Notes under the pieces: model-generated
Databases searched by the model: none
Seen by the model: only the letters and a program-made list of their open reading frames with translations
What the model was told of the DNA's origin: nothing
Source of the DNA: an uncultured candidatus Brocadiaceae bacterium
GTDB lineage: Bacteria; Planctomycetota; UBA1135; UBA2386
NCBI GenBank assembly: GCA_964483245.1
Contig: CAZABP010000022.1
Coordinates: forward strand, 1 to 64,000
Direction: 5' to 3'
Length of the DNA: 64,000 nt
In this document: positions 8,584 through 19,453 of the stretch, in pieces
Layout of the letters: each line of letters opens with the position of its first letter
Position numbering within the stretch: position 1 is the first letter of the stretch
Program-made: the position numbers and the translations under genes

Positions 8584-9774
8584 ATGCCGGGCGGCACGAC
8601 TCCGGACCGCGCGCTCGCGCTGATCTCGCTCGCGGTCCTGCTCGCGTCGGCGACCTGGTTCTCGGGGACGGCGGTTGCGCCGGAGCTCGCGCTGGCGTGG
8701 GGACTCGGGTCCGGCGGGAGCGCGTGGCTGACGTCGTCGGTGCAACTCGGCTTCATCACCGGGACGTTCGCGCTGGCGCTGTTGAACCTTGCCGACCGGT
8801 TCGATGCGCGGCGTGTGTTCGCGCTCTCGGCACTCGGCGGCGCCGCGGCGAACGCTGCGTTCGCGCTGCTGGGCGACGGGCTCGCGCTGGCGACGCTGTT
8901 CCGCTTTGCCACCGGGTTCGCGCTCGCCGGCGTCTATCCGGTCGGCATGAAGCTGGTCGCCTCCTGGTCCGCGACCGGCCTCGGCTGGCGGCTCGGGGTC
9001 ATGGTCGGCGCGTTGGTCGCGGGCACCGCGATCCCGTATGGCATCCGTTGGCTCGGCCTGGAGCTCCCGTGGCGCGCGACGGTGCTGGCCGCGTCAGCCT
9101 GCGCAATGGTTGGCGCGCTGGTCGTGTTGTTGCTGCCACATGGTCCACACCTGCGCGGACGCGCGGCATTCGCGCCCCGCATGGTCTGGCGCGTATTCCG
9201 GGATCCCGCGTTCCGGGCCAACTCGTTCGGCTACTTCGGGCACATGTGGGAGCTGTACGCGCTGTGGTCGCTGATCGCGTTCCCGCTGCAGGCTTCGCTC
9301 GGCGATACGACCGCGGTGCCGCTGCTCGCGTTCCTCGTGGTCGCCGCGGGAGTGGTGGGCTGTGTCGGCGGTGGTTGGCTGTCCCGCCGGATCGGCGAGC
9401 GGCGCACGGCGCTGTTCGCACTGATCGGCAGCGCATGCGCGTGCCTCGGCTCCGGCTGGTTGTTCGCGTGCCCACCTTGGCTGTTGATCCCGTGCCTGCT
9501 GCTGTGGGGCATGCTGGTCGTCGCCGATTCGCCGCAGTTCTCCGCGCTCGCGGCGCGCCTGTGTCCGCCGGAATACACGGCAACGGCGCTGACGATCCAG
9601 AACGGCATCGGCTTCGCGATCACGGTCGTGTCGATCCAGTGCGTCGCTTGGACCGCCGAACTGGTCGGCTGGCGTTGGGCCTTCCTGCTGTTGGCCCCTG
9701 GCCCATTGCTGGGCGCGGCGGCGATGATCCGCCTCGGCCGGCTCGTCCCGAGTACTCTCGGCGGCCCGCCGTAG
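8584..9774 (+). CDS. MFS transporter
   Basis: 396 aa, about 12 predicted TM helices, MFS-like loop motifs. Confidence 0.75.
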   Translation: MPGGTTPDRALALISLAVLLASATWFSGTAVAPELALAWGLGSGGSAWLTSSVQLGFITGTFALALLNLADRFDARRVFALSALGGAAANAAFALLGDGLALATLFRFATGFALAGVYPVGMKLVASWSATGLGWRLGVMVGALVAGTAIPYGIRWLGLELPWRATVLAASACAMVGALVVLLLPHGPHLRGRAAFAPRMVWRVFRDPAFRANSFGYFGHMWELYALWSLIAFPLQASLGDTTAVPLLAFLVVAAGVVGCVGGGWLSRRIGERRTALFALIGSACACLGSGWLFACPPWLLIPCLLLWGMLVVADSPQFSALAARLCPPEYTATALTIQNGIGFAITVVSIQCVAWTAELVGWRWAFLLLAPGPLLGAAAMIRLGRLVPSTLGGPP

Positions 9775-9802
9775 TGCGCCCTTCCGCTGCCCGGAGCAAC
9801 CC

Positions 9803-10273
9803 ATGGCCTTCGATCTACCCCTGCCTTCCTCCCTCGTCGCGGGCGCCAGTTCCGGCATGGAGTGGGCCTGGTTCGGGATCGCGGCGACGTTCGCGTTCGC
9901 GCTGCTGCCGTTCCTGATGTATGGGCTGCGCCGCCTGTTCGAAGGCCCCGCCGCGCGCGAGTTCGCGATCCTGGAGAAGGAACTGGCGCGCAAGGACCTC
10001 GATCCGGCACGCCGCGACCAGATCATCGACAAGATCGCCACGCGGGTCGCCACCCAGCGGCCGGGCACCTCGCTCGTGAGCCGGCTGATGGTGGGGGTGG
10101 GTTGGGTCGGTCTCGTGATCGGAATTGCGATCGCCTCGATGACCTACGGGAATGCCCAGCAGGGAGCGATCTACCTGGCGATCGCCGGTGGAACCCTGAT
10201 GACGCTGCCGTTCATCATCCGCGAGTGGGACCGCCGCAGCGGCACGGCGCAGGACACGAGCCCGTTCCGCTGA
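9803..10273 (+). CDS. small integral membrane protein (hypothetical)
   Basis: 156 aa, 3-4 hydrophobic helices, GC3-biased; sits between the MFS and type III PKS genes. Confidence 0.45.
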   Translation: MAFDLPLPSSLVAGASSGMEWAWFGIAATFAFALLPFLMYGLRRLFEGPAAREFAILEKELARKDLDPARRDQIIDKIATRVATQRPGTSLVSRLMVGVGWVGLVIGIAIASMTYGNAQQGAIYLAIAGGTLMTLPFIIREWDRRSGTAQDTSPFR

Positions 10274-10344
10274 GCGGCGGAATGGCCGCGCGGGCCGGGC
10301 CCCGGGCAGCCGCCGGCGCCTGAGCGTCGTATACCGCTGTCGGC

Positions 10345-11439
10345 ATGGACGAAGCCGGCACCGTGACGATCCCCTCGACCGCCCCCGCGATCGCCGCCGT
10401 CGGCGTGGCGCTCCCGCCGCACCGCTACCAGCAGCAGGAGATCCTGCAGGCGGTGCAGCAGATCTGGCGCGAGCATGCCGCCGAGATCCGGCGCCTCGGT
10501 TCGTTGCACGAACACACGCTGGTCGACGCACGCCACTTCGCGCTGCCGCTCGAGCAGTATGCCGAGCTGACGTCGTTCGGCCGCGCCAACGATGCCTGGA
10601 TCCGCGTCGCGCGCGAGCTCGGCGCGCGCGCGATGACTGACGCGCTCGCGCAGGCCGGTTTCGCTCCGCGCGATATCGATGCGATGTTCACGGTCAGCGT
10701 CACCGGGATCTGCAGCCCGTCACTCGACGCGCTGCTCAGCAACGATCTCGCGCTGCGGCCGGATCTGAAGCGCACGCCGATCTTCGGTCTCGGCTGTGCG
10801 GGTGGCGCAGCCGGGATCGCGCGTGCCGCCGACTACCTGCGTGGTGATCCGGACGGAGTGGCAGTGTTGCTGTCGGTCGAACTCTGCACGTTGAACTTCC
10901 AGCGCGACGATCTCTCGGTTGCGCACCAGATCGCGACCGGCCTGTTCGGCGATGGCGCCGCTGCGGTCGTCCTGGTCGGCGCGCGCCGTGCGCGCACGCA
11001 GCAGCCGCGCGTCGTCGCGACGCGCGCGCGTCTGTATCCCGACACCGAAGAGCTGATGGGCTGGCGCATCGACGAGCGCGGCTTCCGGATCCAGCTCCTG
11101 GCGGCCGTCCCGGACGTCGCGCGCACGCGCTTGCCAGCCGACGTCGACGGGTTTCTCGCCGAGCACGGTCTGCAACGCGCCGACATCGCTGCCTGGATCG
11201 GCCATCCGGGCGGACCGCGCGTGCTCGAAGCGATGCAGGAAGGGCTCGGGCTGTCGCGCGAGCAGCTCCGGCACGCGTGGGACGTGCTGCGCGAGACCGG
11301 GAACCTGAGCAGCACGTCGGTCCTGCTCGTGCTCGCGCGCGTGCTGGCGGAGCGAGCGTGGCCGCCTGGCGCACCAGCGTTGCTGTTCGCGCTCGGGCCC
11401 GGGTTCTGCGCGGAGTTGGCGCTGCTGCGCCGTTCGTAG
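10345..11439 (+). CDS. type III polyketide synthase (chalcone/stilbene synthase family)
   Basis: Active-site Cys in GLGCAGGAAG, His in GHPGGPRVL, Asn in GNLSSTSVL; about 364 aa. Confidence 0.8.
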   Translation: MDEAGTVTIPSTAPAIAAVGVALPPHRYQQQEILQAVQQIWREHAAEIRRLGSLHEHTLVDARHFALPLEQYAELTSFGRANDAWIRVARELGARAMTDALAQAGFAPRDIDAMFTVSVTGICSPSLDALLSNDLALRPDLKRTPIFGLGCAGGAAGIARAADYLRGDPDGVAVLLSVELCTLNFQRDDLSVAHQIATGLFGDGAAAVVLVGARRARTQQPRVVATRARLYPDTEELMGWRIDERGFRIQLLAAVPDVARTRLPADVDGFLAEHGLQRADIAAWIGHPGGPRVLEAMQEGLGLSREQLRHAWDVLRETGNLSSTSVLLVLARVLAERAWPPGAPALLFALGPGFCAELALLRRS

Positions 11440-11472
11440 CAGGGGTTCACGAATAGTGCGGGCTAGGATCTC
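11424..11472 (+). repeat. conserved 49-nt element, copy 2
   Basis: Spans the type III PKS stop codon and the 5' region of gene 11501-13567. Confidence 0.7.
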
Positions 11473-11500
11473 CCGCCGCCCGCGCCGCCCGTCGACCCGC

Positions 11501-13567
11501 ATGCGAGCCGTCAGTCCCCTGCTCCTGCTTTCCCTCCTCTCCGGAATCTGCGCGCAGGATCCGTCGCGCACGCCGGCGGCTGCCCGGGCCGCGCAGTTTC
11601 CGCCGGCGCTCGCCACGCTCGTCGACCGCTACGACTGCTGCCTGTGGATCGGTGATCCGTACCCGATCTGGCAGCGGATCCTCGGCTCGCCGCAGCTGCA
11701 GGAGCTCGCGCGACACCCCCGCGCAAGCGAGCTGCTCCGCAGCATCGACATGGACGTGCCACCGGAGCAACTCGTCGGACTCCTTCCGGTGTGGATGCCC
11801 TGGATCTCGGCCTGGATTCCGACCGAGACCGTCGTCGGCTTCAACGACGCGACGCTGGCGGATGCCCTGGAGCTCGCGACGGCCTGGGCGTTCGTGCAAG
11901 CTGCCGGAGCGGCGACTCCAGGCGAGCAGGAAGGTGCGCGGGATCTGCTCCGGCAGAGCGTCAAGCTGCTGCGTGCGCTCCGTGTTCCGACCGCACGGCT
12001 CGAGTTTCAGGCGCGCACCGAAGCGGTCGCGCAGAAGTGGTTCGACGATTGCGCGGACTGGCTCTCTGCTGACCCGGTACACGCCTACGTCGAGCTGCAG
12101 GAGCAACAGGACGAGCTGATCGTGGGGTTCCGGGTGGCCGAGTGGCTGCAGGATTCGCTCCGACGCGCCGCGGTCGGCCCGACGTACTTGCGCGCGCGGC
12201 ACTTGCTGGAGCCAGTGCGCCAAGCCGTTGCAGCGCTGCCGACCTGGCCAGGATTCGTCAGGCGCGAGGGCAGCCGCGTGCTGATCCAGATCGGCGACAG
12301 ACCTGCGGCCGTGCTGCCCGTGCTCGACTCGGACGTGGCCGAATTCGCGATCGGTCCACGGCCGTTGATCTGGGCCCGATGGAACGTGGAGGCGCTCGAC
12401 ATGGCACGCATCGATGTCGGGTACTGGATCAACAACGATATGAAGCCGTTGCGCGCCGAGCTCGTCGACCAATTCCTCGAGCAGGCAGAGTTGGGGCACG
12501 CGGTCGATCGGCTCCTGACGACGTTCGACGACCAGCCGACCGAGGGCGCAGTCGCAGTCCGGCTCGGACACGGGGTCGATTGCCGCCTTCGGTTCGCCGC
12601 GGATCCGGACAGTCCATCTGCGCGCACCACCATCGCTGTTGCCGGGCTGCTTCGGTTCGCGATACCGGACCTGCTGCATTCCGAGCTGGATGCCGTGCAG
12701 CCGCTGGACGAGTTCCTGCTCGAGGTCCGGGAGAGACTCGACGAGTTCTGGTGGGAACAGACTTCGCTCTCGTATCTCACGGCGTTGCAGTCGGAGAAGC
12801 TGCAGGCACTGTCCGAGGCGTTCGAGGCGCGGTGGGGACGGTTGCAGGAATACCTGGAGGCCGAGGAGTCGGCGGTGTTCGAGCGCGGCGCCGCACTCCT
12901 GGTGGCGACCGGCACGGAGCCGGCGGAGCTCGTCGTGGAGGGGGCCCGCGCACCGCAGCAGGACGCCGCAACCGCGCAGCCGCCCCGCACGACGTTCCGC
13001 ATACCGGGGGTCGCGCTGATCGGGATCCCGACCGACGTCGAGCAAGGCCATGCGTTCGCCGGTCACCTGGCGGCCGGAGTACGGCACGCGTTCGATCCCG
13101 CCGGACCGGTTCAGGCACCGGCCGCATGCGACGTCGGCCTCGGAGTGCCGACCTGGCAGCTGAACGTCGGCCCCTGCCAGATCGCGGGGCGCAGGTTGAC
13201 CCTCCACGGTTCCGATGCGGCGCCGCACTACTTCGTCGCCGATCGATACCTCGTGATCTCGAGCTCGATCTCACTGAGCCGCAGATTGCTCGCCGCGGCG
13301 AAGCCGGACGCCGTCGACTTCGACGATGCGCGTGCATATCGCGTGGATCGCAGCCAGCATCGGCTCCGCGCGTCTGCTGCCGCGGAATTGCGTGAGCTGG
13401 TTCAGCAGGTGGGGCGCGCGACAGACGGCTTGCAAGTCGAAGTTGCGCGGGCGACGACCGTACTGCAGGCCGTGGAGCTGTTCAGCGCGCTGTGCGCCGA
13501 CCAGCGCTCACGCACCTGGATCGACGGAACGCAAGGCTTTACGCGGTTCCTCCTCGAGCTGCGCTGA
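11501..13567 (+). CDS. secreted hypothetical protein (688 aa)
   Basis: Signal peptide MRAVSPLLLLSLLSGICAQ; balanced amino-acid composition, unlike the Arg-rich antisense ORF; no domain recognised. Confidence 0.5.
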   Translation: MRAVSPLLLLSLLSGICAQDPSRTPAAARAAQFPPALATLVDRYDCCLWIGDPYPIWQRILGSPQLQELARHPRASELLRSIDMDVPPEQLVGLLPVWMPWISAWIPTETVVGFNDATLADALELATAWAFVQAAGAATPGEQEGARDLLRQSVKLLRALRVPTARLEFQARTEAVAQKWFDDCADWLSADPVHAYVELQEQQDELIVGFRVAEWLQDSLRRAAVGPTYLRARHLLEPVRQAVAALPTWPGFVRREGSRVLIQIGDRPAAVLPVLDSDVAEFAIGPRPLIWARWNVEALDMARIDVGYWINNDMKPLRAELVDQFLEQAELGHAVDRLLTTFDDQPTEGAVAVRLGHGVDCRLRFAADPDSPSARTTIAVAGLLRFAIPDLLHSELDAVQPLDEFLLEVRERLDEFWWEQTSLSYLTALQSEKLQALSEAFEARWGRLQEYLEAEESAVFERGAALLVATGTEPAELVVEGARAPQQDAATAQPPRTTFRIPGVALIGIPTDVEQGHAFAGHLAAGVRHAFDPAGPVQAPAACDVGLGVPTWQLNVGPCQIAGRRLTLHGSDAAPHYFVADRYLVISSSISLSRRLLAAAKPDAVDFDDARAYRVDRSQHRLRASAAAELRELVQQVGRATDGLQVEVARATTVLQAVELFSALCADQRSRTWIDGTQGFTRFLLELR

Positions 13568-13581
13568 TCCGCCCTGCGCCT

Positions 13582-14091
13582 TCACGCGCTCGCCTGTTCC
13601 CGCGCCGCCTCACGCCGCTCCTCGAGCTGCACCGCCTGCTCGACGTCGAGATCGAGGCAGAACCGCGGCGCCGGGCGGAACCCTGCGTGGTGGAAGAACG
13701 ACAGCAGCCGTTGATCCTCCCACGACACCTCGGTCTCCAGCGCGCGGATCCCGAGCCCCTGCAGGTTCTGCAGCAGTTGCCGCAGCAGCGCGCGGCCGAC
13801 GCCGCGGCCGGCGAACGCCGGGTGCACGCCGAGGGTGTCGAGCACGGCGACCTGCTCGGTGGCGCCGAACTCACCGTAGTAGACGCGCGCCAGCAGGAAC
13901 CCGGCGAACGTGCGATCGACCACGGCGGCCAGCGAGACCTGGATCCCGGTGTCGGCCAGCGCGCGCGACAGCTTGTGACGGAAGAACTCCTCGCGCCGCC
14001 GCCCGGTGATCCGCGAGTCCAGCATGATCACGGATTCGAGATCGGCCTCGTGCAGGCCACGGACCAGGATGTTGTCGGTTTCGATCGCCAT
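13582..14091 (-). CDS. GNAT family N-acetyltransferase
   Basis: Acetyl-CoA binding motif (QVAVLDTLGVHPAFAGRGVGRALL); ATG at 14091; last gene of the coupled operon. Confidence 0.75.
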   Translation of the reverse strand: MAIETDNILVRGLHEADLESVIMLDSRITGRRREEFFRHKLSRALADTGIQVSLAAVVDRTFAGFLLARVYYGEFGATEQVAVLDTLGVHPAFAGRGVGRALLRQLLQNLQGLGIRALETEVSWEDQRLLSFFHHAGFRPAPRFCLDLDVEQAVQLEERREAAREQASA

Positions 14092-14099
14092 CGGACGCC

Positions 14100-14828
14100 T
14101 CATGCAGTGCATTGGCCGCCGTCGACGCGCAGCACCTGGCCGGTGACGTGCCGTGCGAGGTCGGAGCACAGGAACAGGATCGCGCGCGCGACATCGTCGG
14201 GGTCGCCGAGGCGGCCGAGCGCGGTCTCTTCGAGCGCCGTCGTGATCACATCGCCGGACAGGTCGCTGGTCATCGGCGTGCGGATCAACCCCGGCGCAAC
14301 CGCGTTGACGCGGATGCCGAACCGGCCGAGCTCGCGCGCGGCCGACTTCGCGAAGCCGAGCAGCCCGGCCTTGCTGGCGGCGTAGTTGGACTGGCCGAAC
14401 TTGCCGCGCTCACCGTTGATCGACGAAACGAGCACGGCCGCGCCGCGGCCGGCGGCGCGCATGCCCGGCACCAGTGCGCGCAGCAGCCAGAACGCCGAAT
14501 CGAGATTGACGCGCATGACCGCGCTCCAGTCCGCCGGACGCATCTTCCACAGCACGGCGTCTCGCGTGATCCCGGCACAGTGCACGAACAGCTCGAAGCG
14601 CTGCGGCTCCAGCTCGCTGCACAGCCGTTCGAGCGCCACGGGATCGCTCAGATCGCACGGCAACGGATGCGCGCCGGGCGGCGGCGTCAGCCCCGGGCGA
14701 TCGAGACTGGTGACATCGGCGCCGGCCGCGCCCAGCAGTGCCACGGTCGCGGCGCCGATGCCGCCGCTGCCGCCGGTCACCAGCGCCCGGCGTCCATGCA
14801 GCGACAGCAGTTCGCCCGGAGTGTGCAT
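14100..14828 (-). CDS. SDR family oxidoreductase (FabG-like)
   Basis: TGGSGGIGAA Rossmann motif, NAAS and YAASKAG catalytic motifs; ATGA overlap with upstream gene. Confidence 0.8.
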   Translation of the reverse strand: MHTPGELLSLHGRRALVTGGSGGIGAATVALLGAAGADVTSLDRPGLTPPPGAHPLPCDLSDPVALERLCSELEPQRFELFVHCAGITRDAVLWKMRPADWSAVMRVNLDSAFWLLRALVPGMRAAGRGAAVLVSSINGERGKFGQSNYAASKAGLLGFAKSAARELGRFGIRVNAVAPGLIRTPMTSDLSGDVITTALEETALGRLGDPDDVARAILFLCSDLARHVTGQVLRVDGGQCTA

Positions 14829-15688
14829 CAGCCGGCCCGCAACGGAACGCCGCGTTCCTGCAGCTTGCGCGCGCGGAACGCGCCCCACAGCGCGGCGCCG
14901 ATCGCGCCGGCCAGGATCGATTGCTCGTGGGCGACGATCTCGACTTCGGCGCCGAGTTCCTGCGCCGACTCCTGCAATGCCGCCAGCAGGCCGACGTCCC
15001 GCGCGAGTCCGCCGGTGATCAGCACGCGACCACGCGCCCCTAGTGACGTCAACAACCGCAGATAGCGTCCGGCCATCGACTGGTGGATCCCCTTGACGAT
15101 GTCCGGGATCAGCAGACCGCGCGAGACCATGTTGATGACGTCGGTCTCGGCCAGCACGGCGCAGATCGAAGAGCAGGCTTCCGGCTGCGCCGACTGCAAG
15201 GACAGCGGGCCGATCTCCTCGATCGTGACGCCGAGATAGCGGCAGATGTTCTCGAGGAACTGGCCGGATCCGGACGCGCACTGGCTGGTCATGCGGTAGC
15301 CGAGCACCTTCGCGCGCTCGTCCATCTGCACGGCACGGGCGTGCAGCGCGCCGATGTCGATGATGGAACGCGCCTGGGGGTCGAGGAACAGCGCGCCGCG
15401 GGCATGCGTCGTCATCCCGTAGAAGTGGCCGGTGCGGCAACGGACCGCCTCGCCCTCCCCCGTCGTCGCGATGTAGTCGAGTTCCGTCTGCGCGAGGCCG
15501 ACCTGCGCGAGCGCCGCCGCCAGCGCCTCGTCCGCCACCGCCAACGGGTCGCGCCGACGCAGGCGTTCGCAGTGGCCGGCCATCAGCGTCGCGCCGTCGC
15601 CGTCGTCCCGGACGAGCGCGACCTTGATCGCGCTCGACCCGACGTCGATGCCGGCAGTGAGCAGGACGTCATCACCCGCTCGGCTCAT
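14828..15688 (-). CDS. bcrD: benzoyl-CoA reductase subunit D-like ATPase (BadF/BadG/BcrA/BcrD family)
   Basis: 286 aa; acetate/sugar kinase-fold ATPase motifs ([21 protein letters not shown]); size and position match BcrD (about 282 aa) in a bcrCBAD order. Confidence 0.65.
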   Translation of the reverse strand: MSRAGDDVLLTAGIDVGSSAIKVALVRDDGDGATLMAGHCERLRRRDPLAVADEALAAALAQVGLAQTELDYIATTGEGEAVRCRTGHFYGMTTHARGALFLDPQARSIIDIGALHARAVQMDERAKVLGYRMTSQCASGSGQFLENICRYLGVTIEEIGPLSLQSAQPEACSSICAVLAETDVINMVSRGLLIPDIVKGIHQSMAGRYLRLLTSLGARGRVLITGGLARDVGLLAALQESAQELGAEVEIVAHEQSILAGAIGAALWGAFRARKLQERGVPLRAG

Positions 15689-16995
15689 GTCGCAACCTCC
15701 TGGGCCGCTGGCTGCCGGCTGTCGCGCCAGGCGAACAGCGCGGCGCCGAGCGCGCCGGTGTAGATCGAGTCCGGTGAGATGTTCAGCGTGCGCTCGCCAT
15801 AGTTCTCGGCGACCAGTGCGCGCAGCGCCGTGACCGCCTCGGGATTCCTGGCGACGCCGCCGGTGAACGTGAACTCGTCGTGCACGCCGCCGGAACGCGC
15901 CAGCAGCGACATCGCGCGCAGGATGATCGCGCGGTGCAGCCCAGCGAGGATGTCCTCACGCTTCTCTCCGAGCGACAGACGTTCGCGCAGCTCGGCGCCG
16001 GCGAATACGGTGCAGGTCGAGTTGATCCTGACCTTGCGGGTCGCCTGCGCGGCCAGCGGTCCGAGCTCGTGCAGTCCGAGATTCATCTCGTCGGCGATGT
16101 AACCCAGATAACGGCCACAACCTGCCGCACAGCGATCGTTCATCTGGAACGAGGTGACGATCCCCTGCGTGTCGATCTGGATCGCCTTGGTGTCCTGGCC
16201 GCCGATGTCGAGCACGGTGCGGGTGCGCGGGTACATCTGGTGTGCGCCGAGCCCATGGCACAGGATCTCGGAGCGGATCCGCTTCTCCGGGAACGGCAGG
16301 CGCTGCCGGCCATAGCCGGTGCCGACCACGGCGGCCTGCTCGAGCTCGACCGCGGCCACGGCGTCGACGGCGCGTGCCAACGGCGCGGCCGGGCGGCCGA
16401 GCCGCCGCAGCGCGTCATGCGCCAGGTCGGCGAAGTCACCGATCGCCACCGTCGAGTTCTCGACGTCGAGGATCGCCTTGTCGAACAGCGCGATGAGCTG
16501 GTCGAAGCGGACGACCTGTGCACGTGCCTCGTCTTCGGCGAGCTCGACGTAGCGAGCGCCGGCAAGATCGCGGAAGAAGTCGCTCTTGCGCGATGCGCCG
16601 GCCGTGAACAGCGACGGTGCCTCGGCGGCCATACGGATGGCGATCCGCTCGACTGCCGCGCACACGGCGGCGCTGCTGCCGAGCCGAGCCGCCTGCCGGG
16701 CGAGGTCGCCGCGCAGCGCATCGAGCTGGGCGAGGTACTGGCCGGCGCGGAACGCGAGCTCGAACTCCTGCATCGCCGCCGCCCGCGCGGCGTCGCCCTG
16801 CGGTCCGAGCTGGGCCTCGATCAACGAGAACCGCGTGTTGACCAGCGCCTCGCTCAACGCGACGTTGCAGGCGACGTCGTAGTTGCTGCGGCTGTTGGTG
16901 ATTCCGCGGCCGAGCAAACGGCGTTGGTCGTCGAGCACGACCGCCTTGGTCGTCGTCGAACCGAGATCGATGCCGGTCGTGTAGCGCAGCTTCAC
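15685..16995 (-). CDS. bcrA: benzoyl-CoA reductase subunit A-like ATPase (BadF/BadG/BcrA/BcrD family, long form)
   Basis: GTG start overlapping upstream stop (GTGA); 436 aa; [15 protein letters not shown] and DIGGQDTK ATPase motifs; size matches BcrA (about 438 aa). The Arg-rich N-terminal 298 codons of the raw ORF were rejected. Confidence 0.65.
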   Translation of the reverse strand: MKLRYTTGIDLGSTTTKAVVLDDQRRLLGRGITNSRSNYDVACNVALSEALVNTRFSLIEAQLGPQGDAARAAAMQEFELAFRAGQYLAQLDALRGDLARQAARLGSSAAVCAAVERIAIRMAAEAPSLFTAGASRKSDFFRDLAGARYVELAEDEARAQVVRFDQLIALFDKAILDVENSTVAIGDFADLAHDALRRLGRPAAPLARAVDAVAAVELEQAAVVGTGYGRQRLPFPEKRIRSEILCHGLGAHQMYPRTRTVLDIGGQDTKAIQIDTQGIVTSFQMNDRCAAGCGRYLGYIADEMNLGLHELGPLAAQATRKVRINSTCTVFAGAELRERLSLGEKREDILAGLHRAIILRAMSLLARSGGVHDEFTFTGGVARNPEAVTALRALVAENYGERTLNISPDSIYTGALGAALFAWRDSRQPAAQEVAT

Positions 16996-18278
16996 GACGC
17001 ACCTCCGCCCGCCCGCTTCTGCTCGATCATCTGGAAGTACGATTCCAGCCGGTTCTTGATGTTGGACGCCGAGAAGTAGCGCGGATCCACCAAGTCGCTC
17101 TCGATGAATCCGCCGGGCCGGCCGGTGCGCGCTTCGACTTCGCGCAACATCATCAGTTGGCCGGCGCTGAACGAGTTGCAGCTCTTGACCGAGTTCACCA
17201 GGAAGCCGTCGGCGCGGTAGTCGTCGACGTATCGCGCCAGCATCGCGACCCGCGTCGGCAGGTTCAGGTTCGTGTAACACCCCATGCAGTAGTCGGCGAG
17301 CGACTCGAGCGGGCGCGCCGGGTCGTGGCGGAAGCCGTTGTCGTAGACGCCGCCGACCTTGGTGTAGGTCGAGGCGACGACGACCGCCCCCTCGTCGGCG
17401 AACATCTGCCAGAACTGTCGGAAGCTGGTCCAATTCGGCGGGCCTTCGACGACGAGGCGGTAGCGCTCGCGCCCGATCTCGCCGTCCGGCGTGATGGGAC
17501 CCTTGCCGGCGCGGGCGCGCTCCGTCACTTCCTCGCGCAGCTCGCGGTAGTAGTCGATCGCATCCTGCGTGCCGCGGAACGCCGTGAAGATCGGACCGAT
17601 GTAGTAGACGCCGCCGAAATACGCGTCGATCGGCGACGGCACCTGTTTCGCCGATTCGAGCACGTCGACGAGATGCTGTTCGGCACGCGCCGAGCGCGCC
17701 AGCAGCTCGCGCAGCCGGTCCTCGTCGTAGGCCTTGCCGCTGATCTGCTCGAGTGCGGGGATCACCTTCTTGCGCAGCTGATCGACGACGTAGCGGCGCA
17801 TCGCCGGCGTGATCTCGCCGTCCCCCTGATATGGCACGTGCAGCATCACGGTCGGCGCGCCGTACTCGAGTGCCAGGATCTCGAACCACTTCATGAACGT
17901 GAAGCAGCCGGTGTACGACAGCAACAGCAGGTCTGGCGGTGGCAGCCGCTCACCGGTCGGACCGACGTTGCCCGACTTCAACATGCCGACGTCGCACTTG
18001 ACGTAGGTGCAGACGTCCTCGGAGTGGCCGAGCTTCTCGGCCAATGCGATGTAGTCACGTGACTTGCCGCGCATCCCCGACTGCAGCGCGTTGATCTCCG
18101 GCAGCACCGGGAGCACGTCGAAGGCGGCCAGCAGCTCGGTCAGGTTGCCCGGTACGAACGTGTAGGCGCACTTGGCGCCGGTCTCCGGTGCGCGCGCGAG
18201 CCGGGTGAAGTGCTCGGCGATCATGCGCTTCTGCCGCTCCTGGCTGCGGTCCTTCTGCGCGGGAACAGGATTCGCCAT
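16992..18278 (-). CDS. bcrB: benzoyl-CoA reductase subunit B-like (HgdB/BcrB/BadE family)
   Basis: 428 aa; 2-hydroxyacyl-CoA dehydratase family; conserved Cys residues (CTYVKCD, YTGCFTF, CMGCYTN); ATG 2 nt after upstream stop, preceded by GGAGCGGAG. Confidence 0.65.
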   Translation of the reverse strand: MANPVPAQKDRSQERQKRMIAEHFTRLARAPETGAKCAYTFVPGNLTELLAAFDVLPVLPEINALQSGMRGKSRDYIALAEKLGHSEDVCTYVKCDVGMLKSGNVGPTGERLPPPDLLLLSYTGCFTFMKWFEILALEYGAPTVMLHVPYQGDGEITPAMRRYVVDQLRKKVIPALEQISGKAYDEDRLRELLARSARAEQHLVDVLESAKQVPSPIDAYFGGVYYIGPIFTAFRGTQDAIDYYRELREEVTERARAGKGPITPDGEIGRERYRLVVEGPPNWTSFRQFWQMFADEGAVVVASTYTKVGGVYDNGFRHDPARPLESLADYCMGCYTNLNLPTRVAMLARYVDDYRADGFLVNSVKSCNSFSAGQLMMLREVEARTGRPGGFIESDLVDPRYFSASNIKNRLESYFQMIEQKRAGGGAS

Positions 18279-18280
18279 GA

Positions 18281-19453
18281 CTAGACTCCGCTCCACAGCT
18301 TGATCGAGTCCGCAAACGTGCCGGCCTGCTCCCGGATCACCTGGAACTGCCCGGTGTTCTCACTGAACTTGAATGCGGTCCACGGGATGCCGGCGCGCTC
18401 GATCGCTCGCGTCGCCATCGGCTGGTCCAGCAGGGCGGGGTCGCAGAAGCTGGCGGCCGCGAAGATCACGCCTTCCGCTCCGCTCTGCCGCACGCGGTCG
18501 ACCAGTTCCTGCCCCTTGGAGTCGTCCGCGATGTAGCGGATCGGGCTCGCGACCGACTGGTGCAGGAACGCATCCACCAATGCGGCCAGCGGCTCGCCGT
18601 CCGTCCGGATGTCGCCGCGGATCCAGCGATGCACGAGGATCAGGTCGTCGTCGACGATGTAGCAGCCGGCACGCTCGAGGGTCTTGATCAAACCCAGCGG
18701 CGGCTGCTCGCAGAACGAACCGGTCAACACGACGCGCGCCTGGTCGAGCGGCCGCCGCGAGTCGTCCGCGGCGACGAGGGCGGCGTAGCGCTCGAGCAGG
18801 TCGAGATGTTCGTCGACCGGCAGGATCAGGCCGGCGCGCATCACGACGTACAGTTCGGCGGACGGCACCTTCCACGGCTGCTCGCGCCGCATCTGGTACA
18901 GCGCGTCGACGCTGCGGCGGTGGCGGTTGAACAGCGCGATGGCCTGACGCAGCGCCGTCGCCTCGAGCGGACGCGCGCCCCGCTCGGCGAGGTCGTGGCT
19001 GAGCTCGGTGAGCTCGTGCCGCCAGAACTCGCCGCCGATCGCTGCATCGAAGTCCTGCGGCACGTCGAGGTAGCGCACCAGCTTGGCCGGGAACTGCAGC
19101 TTCCACATCCCGGACAGGTTGCGGATCACATCGCAGGTGGCCGGGAACAGCATGCCGTCCAGACAATCGAAGCTGCCGTTGAGACCGAGCTCGATCGTGC
19201 TGCGCGGGATGTGGCAGATGTAGGACTGATAGAACGCGTCGCCGCGGATGATCTCGACGTCGTCGCCGCCGCCGGCGATGCCGACCGGGAGCACGCCCTG
19301 CGCCCACAGCAGTTCGCGCGGGGCGTAGACCGGCAGGTAGCCGACCGCGAGACCGTGCGTGCGCTGTTTCCAGGTGCGCACGGTGCCAAGCGTCAGGTCG
19401 CGCACGACCTGCTCGGCAGTGGACAACAGCGCCTTCAGCTCGCCCGCGGTCAT
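18281..19453 (-). CDS. bcrC: benzoyl-CoA reductase subunit C-like (HgdA/BcrC/BadD family)
   Basis: 390 aa from ATG 19453 (ATGA overlap); HGD-D family pattern (GYLPVYAPRELLWAQGVLPVGIAGG); size matches BcrC (about 386 aa). Confidence 0.65.
   Translation of the reverse strand: MTAGELKALLSTAEQVVRDLTLGTVRTWKQRTHGLAVGYLPVYAPRELLWAQGVLPVGIAGGGDDVEIIRGDAFYQSYICHIPRSTIELGLNGSFDCLDGMLFPATCDVIRNLSGMWKLQFPAKLVRYLDVPQDFDAAIGGEFWRHELTELSHDLAERGARPLEATALRQAIALFNRHRRSVDALYQMRREQPWKVPSAELYVVMRAGLILPVDEHLDLLERYAALVAADDSRRPLDQARVVLTGSFCEQPPLGLIKTLERAGCYIVDDDLILVHRWIRGDIRTDGEPLAALVDAFLHQSVASPIRYIADDSKGQELVDRVRQSGAEGVIFAAASFCDPALLDQPMATRAIERAGIPWTAFKFSENTGQFQVIREQAGTFADSIKLWSGV

Noticed and set aside
15685-17889. 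N-terminal 298 codons of the 734-aa ORF encoding the BcrA-like ATPase
   Set aside because: The N-terminal part is Arg-rich and lies entirely within the bcrB coding region on the same strand. A GTG overlapping the bcrB stop gives a 436-aa product matching BcrA size.
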